Part shown: positions 1 to 8,991 of the stretch, piece after piece | How the letters are laid out: each line of letters starts with the position of its first letter | Position numbering within the stretch: position 1 is the first letter of the stretch | IMG/VR virus record: IMGVR_UViG_3300020045_000864 | Location: 1 to 45,063 of that record | Reading direction: 5' to 3' (one strand) | DNA length: 45,063 nt | DNA from: a virus | Taxonomy: Duplodnaviria > Caudoviricetes | Position numbers and translations under genes: made by a program | Notes under the pieces: model-generated | Told to the model about the DNA's origin: nothing | The model's input: only the letters and a program-made list of their open reading frames with translations | The model's database searches: none

Positions 1-600
1 CTCGATAGGATCATTGTGGCAGTGGACCCCGCTACCTCAAGCGAAGAACGGTCCGATGAGCACGGAATTGTTGTTGTTGGTCTTGGACGCGATAAAGACG
101 GCTACGCCCGTGGATACGTCCTCGAAGACGCTTCCCTGAAAGGAACACCCGATGAATGGGGTAAACGTGTAGCCCAGATGTACCGCAAATGGGAAGCTGA
201 TAAAGTAGTAGCTGAAAAGAATCAAGGCGGCCTAATGGTCGAACATGTCATTAAGTCAGCAGATAGAAGCATTCCTGTTAAACTAGTCCACGCCTCAAGA
301 GGTAAGGTAGTTAGAGCAGAACCTATCTCGGCTTTGTACGAACAAAAACGTGTCCACCATGTTGGTAGATTTGATACTCTTGAAGATCAAATGTGCATGT
401 TCTCTGTAGACAATATTCGTAATTCAAATACTGGTTCACCCGATAGAGTTGATGCTCTTGTTTGGGGTTTGACTGAAATATTTGAAAAAATAGCAGGCCG
501 TAGACGCTCCCCGGAGGCAGTCACAAAGTTGGCTGAAACAAAAGATTGGGACCCCGGCAATATGTACGTAAATGATAATCCTCAAGGCTGGATGGCTTAA
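1..600 (+). CDS. terL: Terminase large subunit, C-terminal nuclease domain (5'-truncated by window edge)
   Basis: Frame open from base 1; motifs VAVDPA, GIVVVG, EKNQGG, HASRGKVVRAEP, SPDRVDALVW typical of the terminase RNase H-like domain; directly upstream of portal. Confidence 0.93.
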   Translation, partial: LDRIIVAVDPATSSEERSDEHGIVVVGLGRDKDGYARGYVLEDASLKGTPDEWGKRVAQMYRKWEADKVVAEKNQGGLMVEHVIKSADRSIPVKLVHASRGKVVRAEPISALYEQKRVHHVGRFDTLEDQMCMFSVDNIRNSNTGSPDRVDALVWGLTEIFEKIAGRRRSPEAVTKLAETKDWDPGNMYVNDNPQGWMA

Positions 601-2717
601 TGAGTTATTCAGACGAAGATAAGACACATAAGCCTGATAAAAAGCTAGACGGCAGGACAGTAGATGTATCTTACATCGAAGGCAGTCCCCCTAAGTCTTA
701 CAAGCCTGAAGGTTATAAGTCTCAAGAAGCATTCCTTTCGGAAATGCGTAAGGAACATCAAGCTGATCTAGACTATGATAGAGTTAATCGCGAACAAGCC
801 CTAGACGATAAGAAATTCTCTGCTGGTGAACAATGGGACCCTATCGTTCTTGAACAGCGTAAAGGTCTTCCTAATCTAGTAATCAATAATATACCTCAGT
901 TTACTGCGCAACTAGTAGGCGACTGGAGAGAATCCCGTAGGGCAGTAAAGGTTGTACCTTCCAATGATGAAGACACAGACATCGCCAGCATCCGAGGCGA
1001 TCTCATTCGAAGCATTGAGATGCAGTCCCGAGCAGATAGAGTCTATGATTCTTCGTTCGAGAGCCTCGTCCAGTGTGGAGACGGCGCCTTTAGAGTCGCT
1101 GTGGAATACTCCAAGTCCGATGTCTTCGATCAGGATATCTATATCAGACCTATCGAGGATGCCCTCAGCGTGGTTTGGGACAGATTTTCTGTGGACCCGA
1201 CAGGACGAGATGCCAAGCGAGTATTCGTAGACGATAGAATTCCTAAATCCGAGTTCAACAGGAAGTGGCCCGGCAAGGACCCCTCTGAGCTTATGGCAGA
1301 CAATGCCGTTAGCAATCTATACCTAAGTGGTTGGATCGAGCAAGACTCCTACAGAGTTACAGAGTACTGGAGACTAATTGAACGCCAAAGATTAATGGCT
1401 TTGTTCGAGAATGGTAAAGTCTTTCAGATTGATGCTGATAATATGGACGACCTGATCTCTAAGAATGGTCCTCCAATCAAGACTAGAACAGCTTGGGTTA
1501 CTTACGCTCAGATGCATCTAGTCACTGGCTTCTGCATCCTCAGTGGACCATATGAGTACCAGCTTAACAGACTGCCTGTCATTCGTATGAGTGGTAGAGT
1601 AGTCAATGTAGGTGGTCGTAGAGTCCGTTATGGCCTAGTTCGCTTCATGAAAGATGCCGTACGACTTAAGAACTTCTGGCGATCAGTCGCTGCTGAACAA
1701 CTCGGCTACGCAGCTAAGGCTAAATGGATTGCGACTATTGGCGCAGTTGAAGGTCGTGAAGATGCTCTTCGTAAGGCCCATCTCTCCAGAGACCCTCTTA
1801 TCGTTCTAAACGATGAAGCTATAATTGGGCAGAACTTCCAGCGTCTTGATCCTCCTCCTATGGAACAAGCCCTCCTGAATGAGGCTGCGGTTAATGCCCA
1901 AGACATGAAAGATGTCACTGGTATCCACGATGCTTCCCTTGGTGTTCGCAGTAACGAAACTTCAGGTAGAGCCATCCAAGCTAGACAGCGTGAAGGTGAT
2001 ATCGCTGCCCTTACCTTCTACGACAATGGCAATGCTGCTGTCCTTGAAGGAGGTGATGTCATAAATCAGTTGATACCTCAGATTTACGATGGCACCCGTG
2101 TTGTTCGTACTATCGGTGAAGACGAGTCCATGAAGTTCCAGAAACTAAATGACCCTATGGATCCTAATAGCATTGATATGAGTATCGGGATGTTCGATGT
2201 AGCTCTAAGCACAGGTACGAGTTATACTACGCGGAGAGTTGAATCTGCTCAGGCAATGATGGATGCTATCCAAGTTTGGCCCCAGCTAATGACTGTTGCT
2301 GGTGATCTCGTAGCTAAGGCTCAGGATTGGCCCGGTGCAGATAAGATCGCTGAAAGGATTGAGCAGAGTATGCAAGGTCCTCAGATTGATCCACAACAGG
2401 TTCAGCAGATGCAGGAAGAACTCCAGAGGCTTCAACAGGAAAATCTACAGTACAAGCTTGACCATAGTATTGATGAACGGAAACTCCTCATTGATACCTA
2501 TAAGGCTGAGACAGATCGTATCAAGGCCTTGTCTGATAATGAAGTCGATGCTAACGAGATGGAAATGAACGCAATCAAGATGATCCTTGATGGTTCAAGA
2601 ACATTGGATGAACACGATATTAAACGTGAAGACGCTGAGCGTAAGAACGAACTAGAGAATAAAAAACTTTCGACCTCTGCTAGCAAAGCTCCTGCTGGCG
2701 GGAACAAGTCGCAATAA
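600..2717 (+). CDS. P22-like portal protein
   Basis: 705 aa; GEQW, YGLVRFMKDAVRLKNFW, NETSGRAIQARQREG, DWPGADKIAER motifs and Q-rich C-terminal barrel helix; follows terminase. Confidence 0.92.
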   Translation: MSYSDEDKTHKPDKKLDGRTVDVSYIEGSPPKSYKPEGYKSQEAFLSEMRKEHQADLDYDRVNREQALDDKKFSAGEQWDPIVLEQRKGLPNLVINNIPQFTAQLVGDWRESRRAVKVVPSNDEDTDIASIRGDLIRSIEMQSRADRVYDSSFESLVQCGDGAFRVAVEYSKSDVFDQDIYIRPIEDALSVVWDRFSVDPTGRDAKRVFVDDRIPKSEFNRKWPGKDPSELMADNAVSNLYLSGWIEQDSYRVTEYWRLIERQRLMALFENGKVFQIDADNMDDLISKNGPPIKTRTAWVTYAQMHLVTGFCILSGPYEYQLNRLPVIRMSGRVVNVGGRRVRYGLVRFMKDAVRLKNFWRSVAAEQLGYAAKAKWIATIGAVEGREDALRKAHLSRDPLIVLNDEAIIGQNFQRLDPPPMEQALLNEAAVNAQDMKDVTGIHDASLGVRSNETSGRAIQARQREGDIAALTFYDNGNAAVLEGGDVINQLIPQIYDGTRVVRTIGEDESMKFQKLNDPMDPNSIDMSIGMFDVALSTGTSYTTRRVESAQAMMDAIQVWPQLMTVAGDLVAKAQDWPGADKIAERIEQSMQGPQIDPQQVQQMQEELQRLQQENLQYKLDHSIDERKLLIDTYKAETDRIKALSDNEVDANEMEMNAIKMILDGSRTLDEHDIKREDAERKNELENKKLSTSASKAPAGGNKSQ

Positions 2718-2751
2718 GTGAGCAAACGGTTAAAGGACCTTACCCTTAAAT

Positions 2752-3756
2752 ATGAGTGATGAAAACCCCGTCGATCTTAACACAGATGACCTCGACAGCT
2801 TTAGTGATGAATTCTTTGGCCAGAATAAATCCAGTGAACCGGCCAGTTCAGAAGCAGAAGTCGTTAAAGAAGATAGTGACGCAAGCATCGAAGATGCAAA
2901 CCTTGAACAAACTCATGATGCTGATACAGAACAAGAAGAGTCTGATGACGAAGAACCAGATGATACTGATGACAAATCAGATTCTGAACCGGAACCTTCC
3001 AGTAAGAAGACTCGACTAGACAAACGTATCGGCGGTCTACTCGAAGAAAAGCGTATCGAGAAGGAAAGAGCAGATGCTCTTGAAGCTCGACTTAACGATG
3101 TTCTTCAGAGACTTGAAAAGAACACAGAACCAACAACCCCCACGGTTGAAGTAAATGGTCCCACTCCCGACGACAAGCTCCCTGATGGTACTGATAAATA
3201 CCCACTCGGTGAGTTCGATGCACAGTATCTAGCTGATAAGGTCAAGCATGACTTCAATGCCCAGTGGGCTGCGAAGGAAGCTGAAGCTGAAGCACAGAGA
3301 GAGTCTCAGAAGGTCGCGGAAGCCCAGAAGGCACTAGATGCTGAATGGAGCAGTAAGATGGTTCCCGCACAGGAGCGTTACCCTGATTTCCAGGAAAAAG
3401 GTCAGGCTCTAGTCTCGACCTTTGATGGACTTGAACCTAATTACAGTTTGTACTTGACCCAGACACTTCAGAGTATGGAGTATGGTCCTGATGTTCTTTA
3501 TTATCTTTCGACTAATCTTCCCGAAGCACGTAGAATTGTAAACCTCGGACCCGCTGGAGCTACTTTGGCTCTTGGTAGGATTGAGAGTAAATTCGCTTTC
3601 GCAGAGGAAGAGAAACAAAAGGCTCGTCCTAAAGTCAGTAAAGCTCCTACACCTCCGCCCACCAACAAAGGTGCAGCAGTGAGTGTTAACGAAGTTCCTG
3701 ATGATACAGATGACCTAGACGCATTTGCGCTTAAGTTGTTCAAGACTAAGCGCTGA
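2752..3756 (+). CDS. Capsid scaffolding protein
   Basis: Acidic N-terminus, coiled coil, ERYPDF and GPDVLYYL motifs, Pro-rich C-terminus; lies between portal and coat. Confidence 0.8.
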   Translation: MSDENPVDLNTDDLDSFSDEFFGQNKSSEPASSEAEVVKEDSDASIEDANLEQTHDADTEQEESDDEEPDDTDDKSDSEPEPSSKKTRLDKRIGGLLEEKRIEKERADALEARLNDVLQRLEKNTEPTTPTVEVNGPTPDDKLPDGTDKYPLGEFDAQYLADKVKHDFNAQWAAKEAEAEAQRESQKVAEAQKALDAEWSSKMVPAQERYPDFQEKGQALVSTFDGLEPNYSLYLTQTLQSMEYGPDVLYYLSTNLPEARRIVNLGPAGATLALGRIESKFAFAEEEKQKARPKVSKAPTPPPTNKGAAVSVNEVPDDTDDLDAFALKLFKTKR

Positions 3757-3780
3757 TATCATATTAAAAGGAAATAAACT

Positions 3781-5088
3781 ATGGCTGTAACAGTTGATCA
3801 AGCCAAACTCGTTCTTAATTCGTTTGCCGCTATCTTCCAGAATAACCTTCTCTCGAAGGACCTCGTTACTTGGAAGAAGTTCGACGGTGAAATGAATGAC
3901 CGTAACGCCCTGACTGTTGTTGAACAGGTCGGGCCTCGTTACGTAACTACGCAGACCGTTGATGGTGTTGCGGACCTCTCTACGGGTGTACAGGATTCGG
4001 TGTTCGGTTCTGAGCAGTACAAGCTCAATCGCACCTTCAATAGCAACATGGGCTGGGGCGACTTCGTTAAGATTCGCGACATCGGTGCTGCTCGTGAATC
4101 CGAAGCCCTGAAGAATGCTGCTATTAACATGGCAGAACAGATTGATAAGTACATCCTCGGCTACTGTGCTATTGCCAGTAATAACTGGACGGGTACTCCG
4201 GGTACGAGTGTTGCTGCATTCAATGACGTAGCTTCCGCTTATACTCGCATTAAGGAAGAGGGTGTAGAAGATAATGATCTTCATGCAGTCCTTACCTACG
4301 GTGATAAGCAGACCCTAGGTGCTGACGTTATCGCTAAGAGCGGCTCGCTCGAAGCTATTGGTAGTGGCGCTTACCGTAGCGGCTGGGATGGCTCGGTTGC
4401 AGGTATTCCTACCTTGTTTACTCAGCAGCTCCCTAACTTTGCGTTTGGTACTCGTACCGCCGGTGCCGTCAATGGCGCTAACCAGAACGTAAACTACAAA
4501 GCCGTTTCGATCTCTCCAGCTCCGGGTCAGTATCTGACTCAGTTGATTAACATCGACGGTCTTGGTGCTAATGCTACTATCAAGGATGGTGAAGTCTTCA
4601 CGATTGCTAACGTATTCGCTTACGACAATCGTGCCCAGAAGAGTCTGGCTCCCCGTCTTCAGCAGTTCCGAGTAATCGGTGATGTCACGGCTGATGGTGC
4701 AGGCGTGGCTCCTACGGTTCGTATCTTCCCTGCTTTGATTGTTCCTAACACGGCAACTAGCATCGGTGATAATGCTGTAAACACTGCTAACGCTACTGTT
4801 AGCGCTATCCCTGCTGATAACGCTGTAGTGACCTTCCTGGGTACTGCTTCTGCATCGGTTACACCTCGTCTGATCATTCAGAAGGGTTCGGTCATTGTTA
4901 ATACGGCCGATCTGATCATGCCTGCTACGGGTACTGCTTCGAGGAAGTCCTTGACGAAGGTCCCTGTTAGTGTTCGTATGTGGTGGGATTCCGCCTTTGC
5001 GACTGGTGAGCATCGTGTTCGCTTTGACGTTGGTCTTTCGGCCAATATTACTGATCGTCGTCGTCTCGTTCGTATCAACGGCGCATAA
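3781..5088 (+). CDS. Major capsid protein (P22 coat protein type)
   Basis: 435 aa, strong RBS (AAAGGAAA), biased codons, TIKDGEVFTIANV...LQQFRV insertion-domain signature; followed by a terminator. Confidence 0.92.
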   Translation: MAVTVDQAKLVLNSFAAIFQNNLLSKDLVTWKKFDGEMNDRNALTVVEQVGPRYVTTQTVDGVADLSTGVQDSVFGSEQYKLNRTFNSNMGWGDFVKIRDIGAARESEALKNAAINMAEQIDKYILGYCAIASNNWTGTPGTSVAAFNDVASAYTRIKEEGVEDNDLHAVLTYGDKQTLGADVIAKSGSLEAIGSGAYRSGWDGSVAGIPTLFTQQLPNFAFGTRTAGAVNGANQNVNYKAVSISPAPGQYLTQLINIDGLGANATIKDGEVFTIANVFAYDNRAQKSLAPRLQQFRVIGDVTADGAGVAPTVRIFPALIVPNTATSIGDNAVNTANATVSAIPADNAVVTFLGTASASVTPRLIIQKGSVIVNTADLIMPATGTASRKSLTKVPVSVRMWWDSAFATGEHRVRFDVGLSANITDRRRLVRINGA

Positions 5089-5094
5089 TGAATT

Positions 5095-5128
5095 TAGGGG
5101 AGGCTGTAATGGTCTCCCCTATTTCTTT
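5095..5128 (+). terminator. Intrinsic terminator after the capsid gene
   Basis: TAGGGGAGGC-loop-GTCTCCCCTA stem followed by TTTCTTT. Confidence 0.8.
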
Positions 5129-5150
5129 AATCGTTGAAAGGAACTAAATA

Positions 5151-5408
5151 ATGGTTATTCAAGAACGCTATCACGCTACTGCGATGGCGGCTAATACGTC
5201 CTTAGTACTAACGGGTTGTGGTATTGGAGGTTTTGCTGCTGTTACCGCTGGCACTCTTAGTGTTACTCACGCCAATTCGGCAGTACTACTCGCTGCTTTC
5301 CCTGTAGCAGCAGGGGGTGTATACCGTATTCCTATTCTAACAGGAGATACTGGTGGAGGTCTTGTGACTCTCGCTGGTGGTGCTTCTGGTACTATCTTCA
5401 AGCAGTGA
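5151..5408 (+). CDS. Small virion protein (possible head decoration)
   Basis: RBS AAAGGAA; Gly/Ala/Thr-rich 85 aa protein directly after coat. Confidence 0.6.
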   Translation: MVIQERYHATAMAANTSLVLTGCGIGGFAAVTAGTLSVTHANSAVLLAAFPVAAGGVYRIPILTGDTGGGLVTLAGGASGTIFKQ

Positions 5409-5418
5409 GTACTAATAT

Positions 5419-6555
5419 ATGCCCTTAACTCAAGTACCTCAAATGACCCAACTTTGGGCGAGACCTGCTGTCTCTAATCCTGTTCTTTCTCAATCTGTTC
5501 GTATGCTTTGGGCTGGTTCCAGTAGCGAAGCTTCTCGATGGACCGGAACTGGTACAGTAGGAATGGATGGAGCGCGTCCTACTGGGTACACTATGATTGC
5601 CGCTAATAGATTGGCTCTAAGGGGCTTGCCCCTTAATAACCAGAGCTATTTTGGTGATCAAGCTAATGATATCGGGGGAGTAAACAGCCCTGCTCAAATG
5701 GCTTTGTACGATACAAGATTCCACGATTTCTCTGGGATTATCGTCAATAACGGAAATAGCTCGATGGGCGGTTTCCCTATTCGATTTCCTTCTGCAACAG
5801 GTTGTGAATTCTATCTGGATATCACGCAGTCTGTAGATAGTATCGCTTTGTATATTCAATTTGCGAGTATATCTGCTACTAACAATAGATTCATCTATAG
5901 CGTAGATGGCGGATCAGAGACAACTGTCCCCGTTACAACTTATAATGATGTTCTACCTCATAGGCTTCTAATTTCAGGTCTTACTCCGGGAACACATACG
6001 CTCCGAGTAAGAACACCTACATCTACTCCTAATGACCAAAACATTAACCTAGTTGGTGTTGAAGCTTTTACAAGTACTCGTAAAGAAGTCATCTTCATGC
6101 CTGCTGGTGCTAGAGGCTGGAGTACTTCTTCTACTTTCTGGACACGTTCGGGGGGTATTAGTCCACTTGGGTTGCTTCCAGTAGTATCGCCAGATATTGT
6201 TCTTGCTACGTTTGGAGGTAATGAAGGTTTTACGAATTCAGCTTCTTATGCTGCTTATTACACTCGCTGTGTAACGTGGGGCAATGCAGTCCTTGCAGCA
6301 GGAGGCACTCCAGTATTCGTGGGTAAGCCTTACATGACTGAAGAGTATTACTCCGTTACAGATAGATTGAATGCCCTATTTAATGGTGTTCCTACGTATC
6401 GAATGGGGGTAATTTCAGAAGCTCTAGCAATAGCTGAGGGTGAACAAGCCGCAGATGGTTTGCATTGGCTGGGTCCATGGCACGCTCGTGAAGGTGCAGC
6501 AGTAGGTGATTGGCTATATGAGACTTTATTCCCATCATTAAAGCTGTATTCTTAA
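5419..6555 (+). CDS. SGNH/GDSL hydrolase-like protein with inserted beta domain, probably virion-associated esterase
   Basis: Block I WAGSSS, block II GARG, block III FGGNE, block V DGLH; located in the morphogenesis operon. Confidence 0.65.
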   Translation: MPLTQVPQMTQLWARPAVSNPVLSQSVRMLWAGSSSEASRWTGTGTVGMDGARPTGYTMIAANRLALRGLPLNNQSYFGDQANDIGGVNSPAQMALYDTRFHDFSGIIVNNGNSSMGGFPIRFPSATGCEFYLDITQSVDSIALYIQFASISATNNRFIYSVDGGSETTVPVTTYNDVLPHRLLISGLTPGTHTLRVRTPTSTPNDQNINLVGVEAFTSTRKEVIFMPAGARGWSTSSTFWTRSGGISPLGLLPVVSPDIVLATFGGNEGFTNSASYAAYYTRCVTWGNAVLAAGGTPVFVGKPYMTEEYYSVTDRLNALFNGVPTYRMGVISEALAIAEGEQAADGLHWLGPWHAREGAAVGDWLYETLFPSLKLYS

Positions 6556-6567
6556 GTAAGGAAGTAA

Positions 6568-7353
6568 ATGACAACAACCTATCAGATTATTGTTGATGCC
6601 TACCGCCAGAGTAATCTGATTGCTATTGGTGTCGAACCAACACAAATTCAAGAATCTGAAGCTCTTCGTTACCTAAATAGACTCGTTAAAAGTGTATTTG
6701 GAAACGAAGCAGGCGAGAATCTGGAAGCTCTTCCTCTTGGGCGTAACTCCGTAGATAAGCCTTCGGGTTTTCCTTGGTACGGGGATACCCCCGGAGGTAA
6801 CTTCTTCATCCCTCTCAACAAACGTTTGAATTGTAATCTAGAAGGAGATACTACAGTATATCTCCACCCAATGCCTGAGGATGGTGCCAGAGTTGCTGTA
6901 GTAGATATCTCGGGTAACTTCGCGACTAACACTCTAATTGTATCTGGCAATGGACGGCTGATCGAAGGCAGTTTTGATCTAGTTCTTAATACTAATAGCT
7001 ATAATGCTGAGTGGTTTTACAGGGCTGATCTAGGAAGCTGGCAGAAGATCAGCCCCCTAGCAATCATGGATGTTTTCCCCTTCCCAGAAGAATTTGATGA
7101 TTTGTTTATATTGATGTTGGCATTTCGTCTGAATCCTTCCTATGAGAGACAACTTGATCCTCAGAGTGGGGAAATCCTCCGTAGAGCCAAGAAGCAGTTC
7201 TCTGCTAGATACGCCAATACTAGTCAGGCTCGATCTGAGCTTGGTCTTATCAGAGGCTCTAGAATGACTGCTGATAGAGATTACTGGCAGTATAATAATG
7301 ACTACTATGATCCCCAATATAACTTTAACTTCGGAAAGCCAACTCCATGGTAA
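6568..7353 (+). CDS. Head-tail adaptor (P22 gp4-like) with inserted beta domain
   Basis: N-terminal IIVDAYRQSNLI...EALRYLNRLV and C-terminal LAFRLNPSY adaptor motifs; precedes the gp10-like gene. Confidence 0.7.
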   Translation: MTTTYQIIVDAYRQSNLIAIGVEPTQIQESEALRYLNRLVKSVFGNEAGENLEALPLGRNSVDKPSGFPWYGDTPGGNFFIPLNKRLNCNLEGDTTVYLHPMPEDGARVAVVDISGNFATNTLIVSGNGRLIEGSFDLVLNTNSYNAEWFYRADLGSWQKISPLAIMDVFPFPEEFDDLFILMLAFRLNPSYERQLDPQSGEILRRAKKQFSARYANTSQARSELGLIRGSRMTADRDYWQYNNDYYDPQYNFNFGKPTPW

Positions 7354-8720
7354 TGATTCCTCTTGGGCAGAACGACTGGGAGACACAACTCTCTGACATT
7401 AGTATTCGTATCCGCCTGAGGAATATGTATCTAATGAGTAATCCTTTCAGTCCTGATGGCATGACAAGGGTTAGTCGACCTGCTCTTTCTTTGTTCAAGA
7501 CTATAAGCAATCAATCAGTATATGGTATCTGGCAGCAAGATGGAACCTTCGATGGTGATATATTTATTGTAGCAGGAGAAACTCTTTACAGGTACGATAA
7601 TATAAGTACTGTTACTGAGTTAGGTCCATTGCCAGGTACTGAATACTGTCAGTTCGCAGGCACAGTAGACAGGGTGGTTATCACAAGGAATGGAAGTGCC
7701 TATAGCTATGATGGCACTATTTTAAGTCTTATTACTCTTCCTGATGCTCGACCCGCAGGAAGTGTGGCTACAATTGATTCTGTCTTTCTTATTAGTGTTC
7801 AAGGTTCTCAAAGATTTTATTGGATTAATCCTGGTGAGACTGATCCCGATCCTTTGAGCTTCGCTACTGCTGAAAGAACACCAGATGCAATCATCAGTAT
7901 CAATATCCTTTCAGATGAAATCTGGTTTATTGGACAAAGCTCAGTAGAAGTCTGGCAAACAACAGGCGACCTAGACAGCCCTTATCAAAGGATAGCTGGA
8001 CGTGTCTATACGGAAGGTTGCATTGATTCTTCTACTACAGCTACAAGTTCTTATGATGGTAGACCTTGTTTGTTCTGGGTTACTGATAAGAAAGCCGTAG
8101 TAATGGCACAAGGCAGTACTGTAAAGATCAGTAATGAATCTGTAGAGGAAGTCCTTAGAAGGTCTCAGAGCTATAGGGCTTGGAGCTTCAGACTTCGTAG
8201 ACACGACTTCTATGTTCTAACAACAGAAGAAAATACTTTCGTTTACGATGTTGCTCAGAAGTCCTGGGCTAGGTGGGATACTTATGGTAAATTAAACTGG
8301 CAGGCTCATTTGGGTGTACAAGTTCAAGATAGAGTCTTCGCAGGAGATAGTGAACAAGGATTAATCTGGGAACTTGTAGAGAGTGACAGAGATGGTGAAC
8401 TTCCTATTGTTAGAGAGATATCGGGGTTTGTGCCTTGTACTAGCACAGATACTTCATGCTTTTCAGTCAATGTTCGTATTAATGCTGGTTGGCCTCCCGA
8501 GTACACTGGAACACCAGTACTTGAAATGAGATGGTCTGATGACTATGGTTATTCCTGGACGGAGTATTTTCCTTGTAAGATGGGTCGTAAAGGTAACTAC
8601 GAATACGATGTTACGTATAGAAGCCTTGGTAACTTATCTAGACCCGGCAGAGAATTTGAATTTAGATTCTCTGATATCGCTAAATTCCGTATTGATTACG
8701 CAACAATGAATGAGGTCTAA
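7347..8720 (+). CDS. Packaged-DNA stabilisation / tail hub protein (P22 gp10-like)
   Basis: SFATAERTPD, SVEVW, HDFYVLT, LEMRWSDDYGYSW, RSLG motifs of the Phage_stabilise family. Confidence 0.85.
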   Translation: MVMIPLGQNDWETQLSDISIRIRLRNMYLMSNPFSPDGMTRVSRPALSLFKTISNQSVYGIWQQDGTFDGDIFIVAGETLYRYDNISTVTELGPLPGTEYCQFAGTVDRVVITRNGSAYSYDGTILSLITLPDARPAGSVATIDSVFLISVQGSQRFYWINPGETDPDPLSFATAERTPDAIISINILSDEIWFIGQSSVEVWQTTGDLDSPYQRIAGRVYTEGCIDSSTTATSSYDGRPCLFWVTDKKAVVMAQGSTVKISNESVEEVLRRSQSYRAWSFRLRRHDFYVLTTEENTFVYDVAQKSWARWDTYGKLNWQAHLGVQVQDRVFAGDSEQGLIWELVESDRDGELPIVREISGFVPCTSTDTSCFSVNVRINAGWPPEYTGTPVLEMRWSDDYGYSWTEYFPCKMGRKGNYEYDVTYRSLGNLSRPGREFEFRFSDIAKFRIDYATMNEV

Positions 8721-8722
8721 CA

Positions 8723-8989
8723 ATGGCTTTCCAGAAACTTCCTCGCCTTCCAGTTGACTGGTTGGTTCAGCCAGAACTCTTCAGGAGATACTGGGACAAA
8801 CTCGCGAATGCTATTGAGGCTTTGTACAACACGAATCCGCTGACCTTCACTACTCTACCAACACCAGATGTAGGACAGAGGTTCATTGTTAATGATATTT
8901 CAAGTCTTGTGTTCGGTGATGTCTATGTAGGTGGGGGTACAATAATTGGTCCTGTATGGTGGGACGGTACGGACTTTAGAATAGGATAA
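8723..8989 (+). CDS. Hypothetical tail-associated protein
   Basis: RBS GAGG; tightly packed between hub and tailspike. Confidence 0.6.
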   Translation: MAFQKLPRLPVDWLVQPELFRRYWDKLANAIEALYNTNPLTFTTLPTPDVGQRFIVNDISSLVFGDVYVGGGTIIGPVWWDGTDFRIG

Positions 8990-8991
8990 AT

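Noticed and set aside
4315-5013. 232-aa antisense ORF (and similar long shadow ORFs elsewhere)
   Set aside because: Antisense to the codon-biased capsid gene; no RBS or motifs; expected shadow frame
5086-5419. Capsid readthrough or frameshift extension
   Set aside because: Double stop TAATGA plus a terminator; downstream ORFs have their own starts and no slippery site is evident
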